Origin: Azolla caroliniana
Lineage: Eukaryota; Plantae; Polypodiophyta
Reading direction: 5' to 3'
Assembly: GCA_043228905.1 (NCBI GenBank)
Contig: JBHGNT010000014.1
Location: forward strand, 9,424,001 to 9,488,000
Length of the DNA: 64,000 nt
This document shows positions 22,582 to 36,342 of the stretch, piece by piece. A model generated the notes under the pieces. It saw nothing but the letters and a program-made list of their open reading frames with translations. It was not told where the DNA came from and searched no databases. A program made the position numbers and the translations under genes. Within the stretch, counting starts at the first letter, position 1; each line of letters starts with the position of its first letter.

Positions 22582-25500
22582 TGTTGGCATAAAATGTTGA
22601 TTCCTTCCAAATTGTATCCGTCCGAGTGTGAACTCGTTAATAAGTTAGGGCTTAGTATATAAGCAAATACCTAACATTGTAATGAGTGATGACGAGCAAA
22701 GTATCGTATCTCTGAAAAAGAACGAAGTAATAAGAAGCTTTCCATTAGAGCTCCATCTATGTAAGTCTCCACGCCTATTCTATTTTCTATATGTATTGTT
22801 TGTTGTCCAGTACCGACTACAGATCCATACACATTTCCGCACATAGCGCTCGTATCGATAATTGGTATCAGAGCCGAATCTTTGCCATTCGGTGGCAACA
22901 GACAACAAAAGAAGCTGGAAGAAAAAACCAAGTCAAAAATCTCAAATTCACAAATAGAATATGGCTTCAACATCCGAAACAAGAGTTGAAATCAGAAAAT
23001 TCGACAGCAAAAACTTTGCCTTGTGGAAGGAGATGATACAGGATGTGTTGATCATTCGAAGATAGGTTGAAGCCATTTGGCACAACAAAAAACTTGCTTC
23101 AATGACAGCCAAGGAGTAGAGATCAACGGACGAAATCGCACTCTCCACCATCCGAAAACGTCTATTCCAGCATGTTGAAAGAGACGACAACGTTCTCATT
23201 GTGGGAGAAGCTACATGCCGTTTATGAGAAGAAGTCCTCATCTTCGAAACTGATCTTGATCAAACAATTGTTCAACATGAAGACGAAAGAGACTAATCCG
23301 GCAACCTCCCACATCAACACCTTCAGCCAGGTGTTGTTAGAGCTCTCATCACAAGGGATCAACTTCGAAGAAGAAGTGAAAGCCCTTGCCCTCCTAACGA
23401 GCTTGCCGGCGAGTTGGGAGGTATTCTGTACGACTTACGCTAATAGCCGATCGATCCTAAATTTGGACGAAACAACCGGCCAAGTTCTCACAGAGGACAT
23501 CAGGCGAAAATTGATGGGACTAACCATCGATGAGTCGGCAGAAGCCCATCACTTGACCAAGTTGTTAGACCGACAGAGTCGAACGAAAGAGCAAGCAGAT
23601 AGAACCAGTCGACGCTACAACCGATCGAGAACAAGGGCTGACCGACAGCGGTTGAAGTTGAGAATGGGTCGGACAAGTGAGTACTGCACACACTGCAGTA
23701 AAGTTGGCCACAATGTTTCTAACTGCTGGTCAATAAAAAGAAAAGAGAGTGGTCGGCGATCCGAGTGGAATTGAGGACATTTCGACTCGAACCATTGTCC
23801 AGTCGGCAACCAGATCAATGTGGCCAACACTCAATCCGGAGAAATCCTCTCCTTAGAGGATTTGATGATCGGAGAAGTCCTCTACAATGCACAAGTTGCA
23901 CACACGTGGCTATTAGATTCTGGTGCCACATTTCACGTGACCCCCAACATTGAATGGTTCTCGAACTATTCAGCCGATACCAATGGCACAGTTCGACTGG
24001 GAAACGGGTAGGAATGCAAGATAGCCGGAACCGGGGAGGTTCCCATCAGATAGCCAAATGGCAACACCATAACCCTGCACGGAGTTCGGCACGTATCCGA
24101 TCTAAAGAGGAGTTTGGTCTCCATCGACATGTTAGCCGAAGATGGGTATCGAACGACTCTACACGAGTCCACATGGGTGATCAGCCAACGAAACCTCAAA
24201 ATCGGTAGTGGGCATAAGCATAATAATCTATACCCATTGATGGCGATCAATCCTAAAGGGGCCGTGAACGTAGCCAACAAAACCGACCCGAACTTATGGC
24301 ATGGCTGACTTGGCCACATGTCTCAAGCCAGACTTGATCGGTTGATGTGGGTTAGCTACATCCTGAAACTCCAAGCAAAGATGGACTTCTGCGAGCATTG
24401 TCGATATGGGAAACAGACCCGAAGTCTGCACTCTCTTCACTACGAGATGGTACGACAACCCCTAGAGCTCGTGCACATAGACATATGTGAGCCCATGCCA
24501 GAGCGATCACTAGGAAGCTCCCGGTACTTCATCACATTCGTAGATGAATGTACACAGAAAGTTTGGGCATACTCTATCAAGTCCAAAGATGAAGCGCTCG
24601 AGGTCTTCACTCGATGGATATTTGAAGTGGAGAACCAGTCGGCACCCAGAGTGAAGACACTCCAATTCGACAATGGAGGTGAGTACACCTCCAGAGCCTT
24701 CAGACGGTACCTGTCTGAAAAAGGGATCTGGCATCAAAAGACCGTTCCTTACACACCCATGCAGAATGGGGTGGCTGAACGGATCAACCGAACGATCCAG
24801 GAGAGGGTGACGGCAATGTTCCAGCAAGCCGAACTGAAGCTAGAATTCTGGGCTGAGGCATTGTACTAGACGGAAGTGTAGACGACAATGTACTTGATAA
24901 ATCTGGCGACGTCAAGAGCAATCAGGCTGAAAGTGCCACAGGTAGTATGGTCAGGCAAACAACCAACCTACAATAGGCTCTGTATATTTGGATGCGAAGC
25001 CTATGCGTTCATCCCCAGGGACAAAAGGACGAAATTGGCACCCCATGCAACAAAGTGCATATTTCTCGGTTATGGAACCGACGGGGACTTCAGCTACCGG
25101 CTATGGGACCCTGAGAACCGCAAATTGATCCGGAGAAGTGACATAGTCTTCAATGAAGACTCTATCTTCTCTCAACGGAACCAATAGAAAACAGTTGGTA
25201 AGAAGGTACCCTTCAAAGATGACAACACTGTCGTAGAAGGACCAACCCAATGGGCCAAATCGGAGACTCGACAAATAGTCGAACTCCAACAAATTGCGAA
25301 CATCCATGTTGACACCGAATCGGAAACAAGTCCTAACGTCGAACTCAAAGACCAAACAATCGAAGACACAGCCGAATCAACAAGAGTCGACAAAGGCAGA
25401 GTCGCTAAGAGGCCAGTCAGAACCGAGTCGACAACAACCATAGGGGAGAACAACCAGACACCTAACCAGACTCCTGGCACAAATGGTTCAACAAATACCG

Positions 25501-27299
25501 ATCGTCAATTTGAACCGATCAAAGAATCCAAACCAGATATTACGGCACCCAGGAGATCTAGACGAGCTCGAAGGCAAACAAAGTTTTATCAACCGGGCTT
25601 CGACTATGTCCACTACACGGATGCAGGCGAACCACGCACGTATGGCGAAGCTATGGATGCACTGGACACCGAAACATGGTTGCAGGCCATGAAATCCAAA
25701 ATGGACTCGATTCATCAGAATCAGATATGGGAGCTAGTCGAACTACCAGTAGGAAGAAATCTGCTACCTTGCAAACCAGTGTTCCGATACAAGTATGTAT
25801 CCGACTCAGAGAAACCCAAGTATAAAGCTCGGCTTGTCGCGAAAGGATTCAAACAGGAATACGGGGTCGACTACGACGAGATATTCTCACCAGTAGTCAA
25901 GATGACCACCGTCCGACTCCTACTAAGAGTCGTTGCGACAGAAGATCTAGAGCTCGAGCAGATGGACGTAAAGACGGCATTCCTACACGGAGATCTGGAA
26001 GAAGACATATACATGTCTCAACCAGCAGGCTTCACGGAGATGGGGGAAGACAGTCAACTCGTATGTCAACTAAAGAAAAGTCTATATGGCCTAAAACAAG
26101 CACCAAGATTGTGGTACCAGAAGTTTGACTCCTACATACGGCAGCTTTGATACAATGTATCGGACTCCGACCCATGCATGTATGTTCGGCAATTGGCCGA
26201 CGAGTCAAGGATCTATCTAATCCTATACGTTGACGACATGTTAATTGCAGGGAACAATCAAGCAGAGATCAGTAAGCTGAAGCGGAGCCTTCATGCAAAG
26301 TTCGCGATGAAGGAACTCGGACAAGCCCAACACATATTGGGCATGAGGATAGAGCAAAATCGGACGACCAACACTCGCCGACTCTCCCAATCCGAATACA
26401 TCCGCAAGGTGCTGAAGCGCTTCAACATGGAGAATGCAAAGGCCGCATCGACACCGCGTCCGACGTCGATTAGACTATCGGATAGAGACTCTCCTGCAAC
26501 GGACAAGGAGAGAGAGCTTAATGGAAAGATACCCTACACATCGGCAATAGGAAGTATCATGTACGCAATGGTGGCGACCTGACCCAACCTAGCCTATGTC
26601 GTAGGGGTGGTTAGCTGATACATGTCAAACCCACGAAAGAAGCATTGGGAGGCCATCAAGCACATCCTCAGGTATCTAAAAGGGACCATGGATGCACAAC
26701 TGACTTTCAAACTGACAATCTTAGCCAAAATCGACACCGAGGTGAACATCGCCAATTGCCTGAGCAAGCAACTCCTAGATCAACGCTTCGGAACACTAAG
26801 GATGAAGACGGGGATACGACAAGAGACCGGGCAAAAGGAAGGCGAAGGAGGAGCAGAAGGTAAGAGCTGACTGACACTCATACTATACGTTTACCGACTG
26901 GGCTACTTGCCGACAGACTTGTAACATAAGATCTAGTTAAATTTGCAATCTAGGTTTACGGGGGAGATAACCCCAAGCACTTGTACATGCAAGAAAGAGT
27001 AGTCCTTCTACAGGGGAGTTTGTTGGCATAAAAGGTGGACTCCTTCCAAATTGTATGCGTCCGAGTGTGAACTCGTTAATAAGTTAGGGCTTAGTATATA
27101 AGCGAATACCTAACATTGTAATGAGTGATGACAAGTAGAGTATCGTATCTCTAAAAAAGAACGAAGTAATAAGAAGATTTCCATTAAAGCTCCATCTGTG
27201 TAAGTCTCCACGCCTATTCTATTTTCTGTATGTGTTGTTTGTTGTCTAGTACCAACTATAGATCCATACACGTTTCCACACATAGCGCTTGTACCCACA
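22582..27299 (+). mobile_element. Ty1/Copia element I, degenerate, inserted in the LTR of J
   Basis: 279-bp LTRs at 22582-22860 and 27021-27299. TSD AAATA. Met PBS at 22863 and PPT CAGGGGAGTT. Confidence 0.96.
22961..26870 (+). pseudogene. gag-pol: Copia I gag-pol remnant with most of RNase H deleted
   Basis: CTHCSKVGHNVSNC, WLLDSGAT, LELVHIDIC and LILYVDDML motifs; many stops. Confidence 0.93.
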
Positions 27300-27352
27300 A
27301 AATATATATATACAAGGGCCTAAGGTTCACATTCGAGTCGATGTTCATGACA

Positions 27353-27573
27353 GTTGGTGTTCGTGTCTCCTGTGAGGACCGCACATGGTTTCTCACGCCC
27401 GTTGGTGTTCCAGTTCCTGGTGAGGACCACACATGATCACTCATTTCCATTAGTGTTCATGTCTCTGGTGAGGACCGCAGATGGTCGCTCATTTCCATCG
27501 GTGTTCCTGCCTTTGATGAAGATCGTACATGGTCTCTCACGCCCTTGGTGTTCGTGTCTTTGTTGAGGACCAT
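27353..27573 (+). repeat. 48-bp degenerate tandem repeat, probably the PR-RT linker of an older chromovirus
   Basis: GAGGACC recurs at 48-nt spacing (27374, 27422, 27470) and resembles the reverse complement of the J linker repeat. Confidence 0.6.
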
Positions 27574-28630
27574 TGTCATGTGGTTGTTGACACACGATAT
27601 GAAAAATAATGAAATAATTATTTTAGATTAGCTTAATGGCTTGGTATGAAAAGATAGACATCTTCATGAGCTTCTGAACGCATTTTACTACATATAAAAT
27701 GGACAACTACATATCAACTTATGCAAGTATGAAGCTTGAGAAGATGAGGGAATACTAGAACTTTAAGATATCCCACATAGATAGGAAACTTTCTGATCAA
27801 GCACTATATAAGCAGATTGAGACCCATTAGTTTATATCTATTTGTTAAGACTACAGAAGGAATGGTTGGACTTGGGCCAAACTATCCGGATGGATTGACG
27901 TGGCCAAATTGTTTTGGACGGACGGGACAGGACGAGACAGATTGGATCGGATCGGATGGGGCACGAGCTGTAACTGAATGTGGAGGCCATGGACAACTAA
28001 AGTAAACTTTATGAGGGACTAAAGTAAAGGTCATGTGGATGCATGCAATGGAACTGGAGATGCAAACTAGAGATCCTTATTCAAGTGTATCTTCGTGTGG
28101 TAACGGGAGATGAAAATTGGAGTTCCTCATGCAAGTGTATCTTCGTGTGGTAACGGGGAACTCGAAGCGAAGTACGAGAAGGGAGGAAAAGCCATATTTT
28201 GGAAAAAAACTCCAATTTTCTTATCGAAGCCATCGTTTGGGAAAAAACCCTAGCTTTCTTATCAAAGTCATCTTTTGGAAAAACCCAACTTCCTGATCTC
28301 ATCGCTCCCAACTTCCTGAGTTTCTAGCCTCATCACATCGAGTTCCATGTTCGTAACTGTTGCGAATCGATTCGTAAAACCACAAGATCAAACAATACTG
28401 AGAATACACAACACAGCCACACAACGACACAGTACATAGAGATTTATGTGGAAACCCAAAACCGGGAGATAACCACAAGAGAAGAAAAAATTCACTATAT
28501 GGTGGATGCCAAAGGACAGAGATTACAACACTCTAATTTTGAGTGTATCAACCACACAGGGTTCTTGGCGTCTGCTGTTACGCACACAACTATGGCGCCG
28601 CTCTCTCTTTCCTTCTCTCTCTCTCTCTTG

Positions 28631-31600
28631 GAAACACCCGCATCCCTTGGAAAGGGCATTGGTGAATTTTTTAGCATGCATTATGGGATGTCACATGTGA
28701 ATGTATATGGGGCACACCGAGTTGGGAAACATGGTGTTACTCGCTCCGGAGAAAGGTCTATTGTATGCACAATGACAGATGATACAAAGCGGCGAATCAT
28801 ACTCGAAAATACTTGGGTATACCTCAAAGGTACGCAATGCTTTGTGAGTGAAGATCGTACTATCTCATAACAAAATGCTCGCCGTAACGCATATGAAGAA
28901 AGATTGAAAAATAAGGTTAAGGATGTGCCTAAAGATGGAAATGTAGGCAAATAGGGACACGTAATCTATGAGACTAACCCACACCTTTTACTACTATGCT
29001 TTTGGAATTGCAATGGATACCCATGGAATGCGAGATTTGGCATAGAGGAGTTCACCGATGACTCGGATATCACACTTCTTGTTGAAACATGGGAGCATGA
29101 TACTCAAAGGATTCAAGGTTTAGGAAACTATAATTTACACTCTTTGATATGGAAGAAAAATCCAAGACAAAGAAGAGGACAAGGAGGGGTGGCATATTTG
29201 ATTAAGAAGGAAATAGAGAAATATGTGTCAATCATAAAAAATGATGAACATAAATTCAACATATGGCTCAAAATAGAAACACCTAATGATTTCCCCACTT
29301 TTGTAGTTGGATGTTACATTCCTCATCAAGATTCTAACTTTTAAGCTTGTTTGGATAAAGATAAACCGTTTGCCAATCTAGAAGATGATATTGCTTATTT
29401 CAAATCCAAAGGGGAAGTTATTGTCTTTGGTGACATGAATGCTCGTACAAGAAGTTTCCAATTTGATTCACAAGAATCTTTCATGCCACATATCTCAAGG
29501 ATGCAAGAGGATATGCAAATGTATAGCCGCTCTTCTAGCGATGAAAAAGATCTAGACAAATTTGGGAAGTTACTCCTACAAATGTGCAATAGTACCGAAT
29601 TGCTTATTTAAAATGGTATTTCCTTATGGCCCAACACTAATGGTTTTACATGTAGAAAACACAACAGAAATAGTGTGATTGACTATATGCTACTTTCCGA
29701 AGGTATTTTGGATCGTATACATAAATTCTCACTTGGTGAATGGACACCGGAATCCGATCATAGGCCTTTATGTATTGATCTCAAATGTATGCATAGGTTT
29801 GATTGTGAGAAGGCTATTGAAGATAATAAACAACCGCACTTGAGCATGAACCTTAAGCGAGCACCCATGTATTCCAAGATGGTTGAGGATATGTTACAAA
29901 TGACAAAGATACAACATGGTGCCACACTAGAATGCAAATGGGAATCTTTCAAGAAAGTCATTCTCCCCTGTACAAACAAATGTTTTTTGACCAACCACAC
30001 ATCTTGGAAATGCACCAAGAAACTTAGGAAAAAATGGTTTGATAAAGAATGTTGTGAAGCTCGAAAGTGCCTTATGGTTTTGGATGTAGTTAAGGATAAA
30101 GAGAATTACCAAAAGCATTTGCATGAGTATAAAAGGCTTATTCAAAGAAAGAGAAGAATATGGGAAGTTACTCAACAATTTATCCAAACGCAAGAGAAAG
30201 CACCTGCATGTGCTAAATTTTGGGGAAATCTAAAGGGGAAACGTGTTGAGAGTTATGGTGACTTAACTCTTCACGACTTGTCTATGCATTATAAGAATTT
30301 ATATGAGTTATCTCTTTCCGGAAAGATAATGTATTATGGTTCTCTATCACATATGCCTCCTTTCTTTAGAATTGAAGATATATGCATAGGACTTAAGAAA
30401 TTGGCCTCTCGAAAGGCAAGCGATCTTCAATGTATAAAGGCTGAAATGCTCAAATGGACGAGAAAGGAAGCACATATATGGATAAACAATATGTTTAATG
30501 ATGCATTGCAACATGGTATGCCGTACGATTGGACTACAAATTGGATCAAACCTTTACATAAAGGTGGAGATATAAATAATGTAAACAACTATCGAACCAT
30601 CATGGTTGGCTCATTAATGGCAAAACTATTTGGATGTATAATGGAATCAAAGATAAGTGTATGGGATGAAAAAATGGTAAGAGAGCTTATGGACAAGTTG
30701 GCTTTCGGAAACACCATAGCACCATTGATCACATTATCACCCTTCGAGTATTAATGGAGGAAAGTCGCCTTAGAGGTAAAGATTTATATTGTTGCTTTGT
30801 AGACTTCAAGAAAGCTTTTGATATGGTACCTCGTGAGCATCTTTGGAGGCGAATCGAAGAACTTGAGGTGCCAAGTGAATATATTCTTGCAATTTCCCGA
30901 ATTTATGAGAAGGTTATATGTTGTGTGCGCATGAGAGATAAACTTTCAGATTTTTTCAAAAGCACTATTGGTGTTAAGTAAGGATGCCCACTCTCACCAA
31001 CACTATTTGGTCTATGCATTGATGAATTGGAAGAAATGGTTACCAAGTTTGCAAAGGAAGAATGTGTTGAAGAAGTTGCCATTGGGAATGTTGTGATTAT
31101 GCTTTTGCTATATGCAGATGATGTAGTGTTTTTTGCAAATACTTTAGGAGATGCACAAAAGTTTATGAAGGCATTGGAAACATTTTGCATGCATAGTAAA
31201 TTAAGTGTCAATAGTTCTAAAACAAAGATTATGCTTGTGAAGAGCCAAAAAAGAGATAAACCATGCATTATGTACAACAATGAGCCACTTGAATGTGTGG
31301 AAAGCTTCAAATATTTTGGCCTTCAAGTTCCTTCAAATCATAGATGGAATGAATGTGCTACACGCAGCTTAGGGGCGAGAAAGAGAGCATACTATGCATT
31401 TGAGAACACGTGCAATCTTGGAGATATTAAGTGTTGGGTCCTCAAGAAATATCTTTTCGACACTTTGGTGACACCGGTTCTTCTTTATGGGGAGAATTAT
31501 GGGGCAGTAGCATCCCGAAATCTATGTGGAAAGAGTTTGAAAATGTCCAAAAACATTTTCTTACAAAGTTCCTACAAGTTAAGAAACAAATGCCCTACAC

Positions 31601-32206
31601 CCTCCTCCTCCTTGAAAGGGTTGTTGAAAACATGCTTAAGGTTCAAAAAAGTCCCTCACATAGACTTCCTAGAATTGCGTGGGAAGCAAGCCAAAAGATC
31701 CAAAAGATACATAAAAGCCAAATTTTGTGTTCCGGTTGGATGCAAGATATAGAAAAATGGTTTGGTAGATGGGATGCGAGACACTTGCTTCATGATGCAT
31801 CATTAGATTCCTCTGTAAATGAGGCCTTTTTGCAACGCCAATGTATCATGACATGGGACAAATGTGGAGGCTCGCTCTTCACACTTTATACTACACATGT
31901 TGCACCTAACTACAAAACCATATTCTTTGCGGAATGGGGAAATCGTACACATTGATACATGTTAGAGCCCATACCATTATCTACCATTCGAACCATTGCT
32001 TCCATGCGACTTAGCTCACATGCATTGCGATGTGAAACAGGGCGTTGGGGCACAAGTGATGAGAGTGGTCGGCTATGCACACTTTGCCCTAAACAAGTTC
32101 GCGAGTTTGAGTATCACACTTTGATACAATGCTCTGCCTTTGATCATATTTGACCATGCTTTCCACATCTCTTCGATTAAGCCAAATCTTTGCATGAATT
32201 CCTCTC
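28631..32206 (+). mobile_element. Non-LTR retrotransposon (LINE, APE plus RT, RTE-X/L2-like), truncated and degenerate
   Basis: ORF1 tail (LKGTQCFVSEDRT), APE motifs (WNCNG, VFGDMNAR, IDYML, SDH), RT (FVDFKKAFD, LLYADD) and C-terminal CTLC..H..C. No TSD or tail. Confidence 0.9.
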
Positions 32207-32286
32207 ATATGTATATCTACAGATACATCGTATATATCTATTTACAATTGTTGCCATTGCTACATATAATTGATTATTATGATTAC

Positions 32287-32287
<1 letters not shown>

Positions 32288-32322
<35 letters not shown>
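32288..32322 (+). repeat. (AAT)n microsatellite in the G LTR
   Basis: Read directly; a shorter copy lies at ~43070-43093. Confidence 0.95.
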
Positions 32323-32446
32323 CATTTGTTCAAACAATAGACTCTCTGTGTCGACTCTTCAACTGTCGGCTGTCGGTTGTCGACTACTTCCGAACAATCG
32401 GTTCCTCCCACTAGAGGGACATATTCCCAACAAACTCCCCCTTCAC

Positions 32447-35400
32447 TCCTGTGAGAGGCAGTCAGTCAATCCTGTCTTCTATCAACAAACTTTAAGTCTG
32501 TCCATAGGTAGGTTCTTCTTGAGCATGTTGGATCTATTGTTATCCGTGTGGATCTTCACAAGTGTGAATTCTCCTCTCCTTCTTCGACCTTCTCGCACAA
32601 CCAATGATACCTTCTCTGTATGTGCTTGGTTTGGGAGTGATATGCAGTATTCTTGGCAAGATGTATGGCACTCTGGCTATCACAATGAAGCAAGAACTCC
32701 CTCTGCTTAATCCCTAGCTCGTTGAGAAAATTTTTCATCCAGATCAGCTCTTTGCTGGCCTCTACCGCTGCCATATACTCTGCCCCTGTAGTAAAACCTT
32801 CCAGCACAGGTTTTTGGACACCATACCCTAGACACACCCCTGAGGTGCCTTTTAAGAACCTCAGTATCCACTTCACCGCTGCCCAGTGTTCTCTTCCTAG
32901 ATTACTCATTATCGGCTTACTACTCCCACAACAAATGTTATGTCTGGTCTCGTACAGACCATAGCATACATTAGACTGCCGAAAACCGAGGCATATGGTA
33001 CCTTCCTCATCTCGACCTTCTCCTTCTCCCCTTTCGAGCACTGCTTCACATTCAACCTGCAATTTTTCGGCAACACCGAGTCGATCGGCTTCACGTCCGA
33101 CATGTTGAACCTTTCTAGGATCTTCGTCACATACTTTTGTTGTGACAACCATAGCACCTTTTGAGTTCTGTCTCGAACCATGTGCATTCCTAAGATTTGT
33201 TTAGCCGGTCCAAGGTCTTTCATGGCAAACGACCTACTCAGAGCTTTCTTCAAGCTTTTGATCCTTTTTTTGTCTTGTCCGACTATCAACATGTCATCAA
33301 CATATAACAAGAGAATCAAGAAGTCTCCTTCTTCATACCTTTTGACAAACACACACTAAACGGCCTGTGTTTTCTGGAACCGGTGTTCCATCATGAAGGA
33401 CTCAAATTTCTTGTACCATTGGCGTGGAGCTTGTTTTAGACCGTACAAGCTTTTCTTGCCCTTTCTCCTCTAAACCTTCAGGTTGCTGCATGTAGATTTC
33501 TTCTTCTAGCTCCCCGTGTAAGAATGCGGTTTTGACATCCAACTATTCAATCTCTAGGTCCATACTGGCCACTATACTCAAAATAGTTCGAATGGATGTC
33601 ATCTTTACGACTGGTGCGAATATTTCGTCGAAGTCGATGCCCTTTTTTTATTGAAAACCCTTCACCACTATGCGGGCTTTATACCAGGGCTCATTGTCGG
33701 CTTCTCCAGTCTTCACCTTGTACAACCATTTATTCTTGAGTGCTCTCTTACCTTTCGGTAGCTCTACCAGGTCGTAGGTGTAATTCTCGTGCAAGGATTC
33801 CAACTCATCTTGCATCATGCTCAGCCATTTCGCTCAGTGCTCGTTGGCAATGGCTTCTTCATAGCACTCCGGTTCACCTTCATCAGTCAAGAGGATGTAT
33901 TGACTAGCATATGTTGTCGGTGCTTTCCTTTCTCTGAGTGGGTATCTCCTTCCACTCGTTGGTGGTTCTCTTTCGGATGTCTCTACCAACTCTTCTCTTC
34001 ACTCGGGTTCCTGCACATCAATCGACATCTCCAGGTTGCATGACTCCAACTCATACTCTTCAATTGACCTTAGCAGCTCTGCCGACTTTAACTCACATTC
34101 AGTTGGTCTCTCTGAGTCGACCAACTTGGATTCGATTGTGCCGACTGGCCGTCTCCAAATAGCTGACGTTGTTGGTTCACTTAACCTTAGATCGACGATA
34201 GTCAGGTTTGACTGGGGAGTCGTAACCAACTTCTGTTGCTTCCAGCCTTCAATCGTCTTATCTTCACGAAAGACTACATCCTGACTTCTCACTACCTTCT
34301 TGTCGACCAGATCCCATAGCCTATAGTCGAACTCATCTTCTGAATATCCCATGAATATGCATGCCTTTGACTTACTATCAAGCTTTGACCTCTGATCCTT
34401 CGGTACATGCATATACCCCAAACATCCGAACACCCTCAGCTATTAGTAGGAGACATCCTTCCCTGTCCACACTCTCTTTGGGACATCACCCTTTAATGGT
34501 ACTGAGGGAGACCTGTTGATGAGATAAACAACTGTATACATTGCCTCAGCCCAATAGTATTTTGGCAGTTTCGCAGGAGAGAGCATGCTCCTTACCCTCT
34601 CCATGATTGTTCGATTCATCCTCTTAGCAAGCTCGTTCAACTCTAGGGTCTTTGGCACTATGTACTCGATCCGAATACCTTGGCACTTGCAGTATTCCTC
34701 GAATTTCCCTCTATACTCGCCACCGTTATTGGTTTGAACAACCTTCAACTTCCAACCCAACTCTCTTTTAGCTCTTGCTTGGAACTCCTTGAAAAATCAT
34801 AGTACTTGCTCCTTCGACTTCAATACGAAGGCCCATGTCTTCTAACTATAGTCGTCAATGAACGTCACAAAGTACTGTCCACCTCGATGTGATGGAGCAT
34901 CCACATAGCACATCTCCTTGTGTACTAGTTCCAGTAGCACTTCTCTTCTCCTCGGTGGTCTTGTGTGGAATGCTGCGCTATTGTGCTTTCCGACTAAGCA
35001 GTCGACGCACTTCTCCAAGTGCACTCCCTTGACTTCTGGTAGAAGTTTCTTGTCTGCTAGCAGGTGCATTCCCTTCTTACTCATGTGGCCTAGCTTCTTA
35101 TCCCATATTTCTCCTGCCGAGTTGGCTGCCACATTTACTTCGGATTTTCATAGTCGGGCATGCATCATATATAATGTGCCTTCTTTCTGTGCTCGGGTCA
35201 CTATAAGATTTCCTCTGCAGAACTTCCACTTGCTATTCCAAAATCTACCACTATAGCCTTCGTTATCTAACCTTCCAGTCGATATCAGATTCAATCTGAT
35301 ATCGGGGACATGTCGAACATCCTTCAGAGTCAGTCGACACCCTATCGATGTCGTCAAGCGGACACTTCCGACTCCAGCTATCTTGCACTCTCTCCACTAT

Positions 35401-36342
35401 CACCCATTTTCACATAACCGTGATCTCCGGCTATGTAAGTCAAGAAATACTCTCTCGACGGAGTTATGTGGAACGATGCCCCGGAATCGATCACCTAAGT
35501 GCATTCTTCACTTGCAAGATTTTCATTTGTTTGTTCACAGATGAACAACAGTTCTTCATTGCTCGTAGCAATGGCAGATCATCAAGAATCTTCTTGGGTT
35601 CGACATTGTTTCCGACACCCTTGTCTTTTCTCATGTGTCGGCAGTCCTTCTGGAAGTGTCCAGGTTTACAACAGTAAAAGCACACTAGCTTACCTGTGGA
35701 CTTTGATCTGGCTTGGGACTTTTCTCTCCTTTTTGGACTTCTTTGCTGGTTCCTTCCTCTGTCCGAATGTTGTGTTACATTCGACTCCGACTGGGACAGG
35801 ACTCCCTAGTCCTTCCTCCTTGCCTCCTTATTTAGGATGCTTGTCTTTACGATTTGTAAAGAAAAGTTCTCTTCTTGACAGGAGGTGCTGATAGTGACCA
35901 CCAAGTTCTCCCAGCTATCTCGCAGTGTGCACATCAGCAGGATGGCCTGCATCGCATCATCCAAGGGAATCTTGGTTGCAGCAAGTTGATTCACATACCC
36001 CATGAATGTGCTGATGTGTTCGACGATGCTCTCACCATCCCTGTATTTCAGCCGTACAATCTTTCTCATCAGTGAGGTTCTATTGAGCGCATTCTTCCTC
36101 TCATATAGACCTGACAACTTCTGCCACATCTCATGTGCATTTGTGTCATTCGCTAGATGTTGCAAGACACTTACGTCGATGCATTGTCGGATGGTGGCCA
36201 CCACCTTTCTGTTATGAAGTTTACTATCCGACTCCAATACCCCCTTGGGTATATCTACTCTGTCGACTGGCTCGTACAGGTCTTTGACAATGAGAAGGTT
36301 CTCCATCTTTATCTTCAAGTCTGCATAGTTCTGTGAGTTTAG
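32447..36342 (-). pseudogene. gag-pol: Copia G gag-pol remnant (first ~13 codons displaced to 41841-41879 by K)
   Basis: ORFs 35806-36375 (gag), 34443-35132 (INT), 32909-33352 (RT, YVDDML) and 32556-33152 (RH). Confidence 0.93.

Larger units (their letters stand above)
10566..27352 (-). mobile_element. Ty3/Gypsy chromovirus-type (Tcn1-like) element J, degenerate, interrupted by A, C and I
   Basis: Gag LPEKFDGTRSRLRGF, protease [25 protein letters not shown] and RNase H IETDASNFAIGAILSQ. 5' LTR is split into 22268-22581 and 27305-27352. Integrase and chromodomain lie outside the window, so the clade is inferred. Confidence 0.85.
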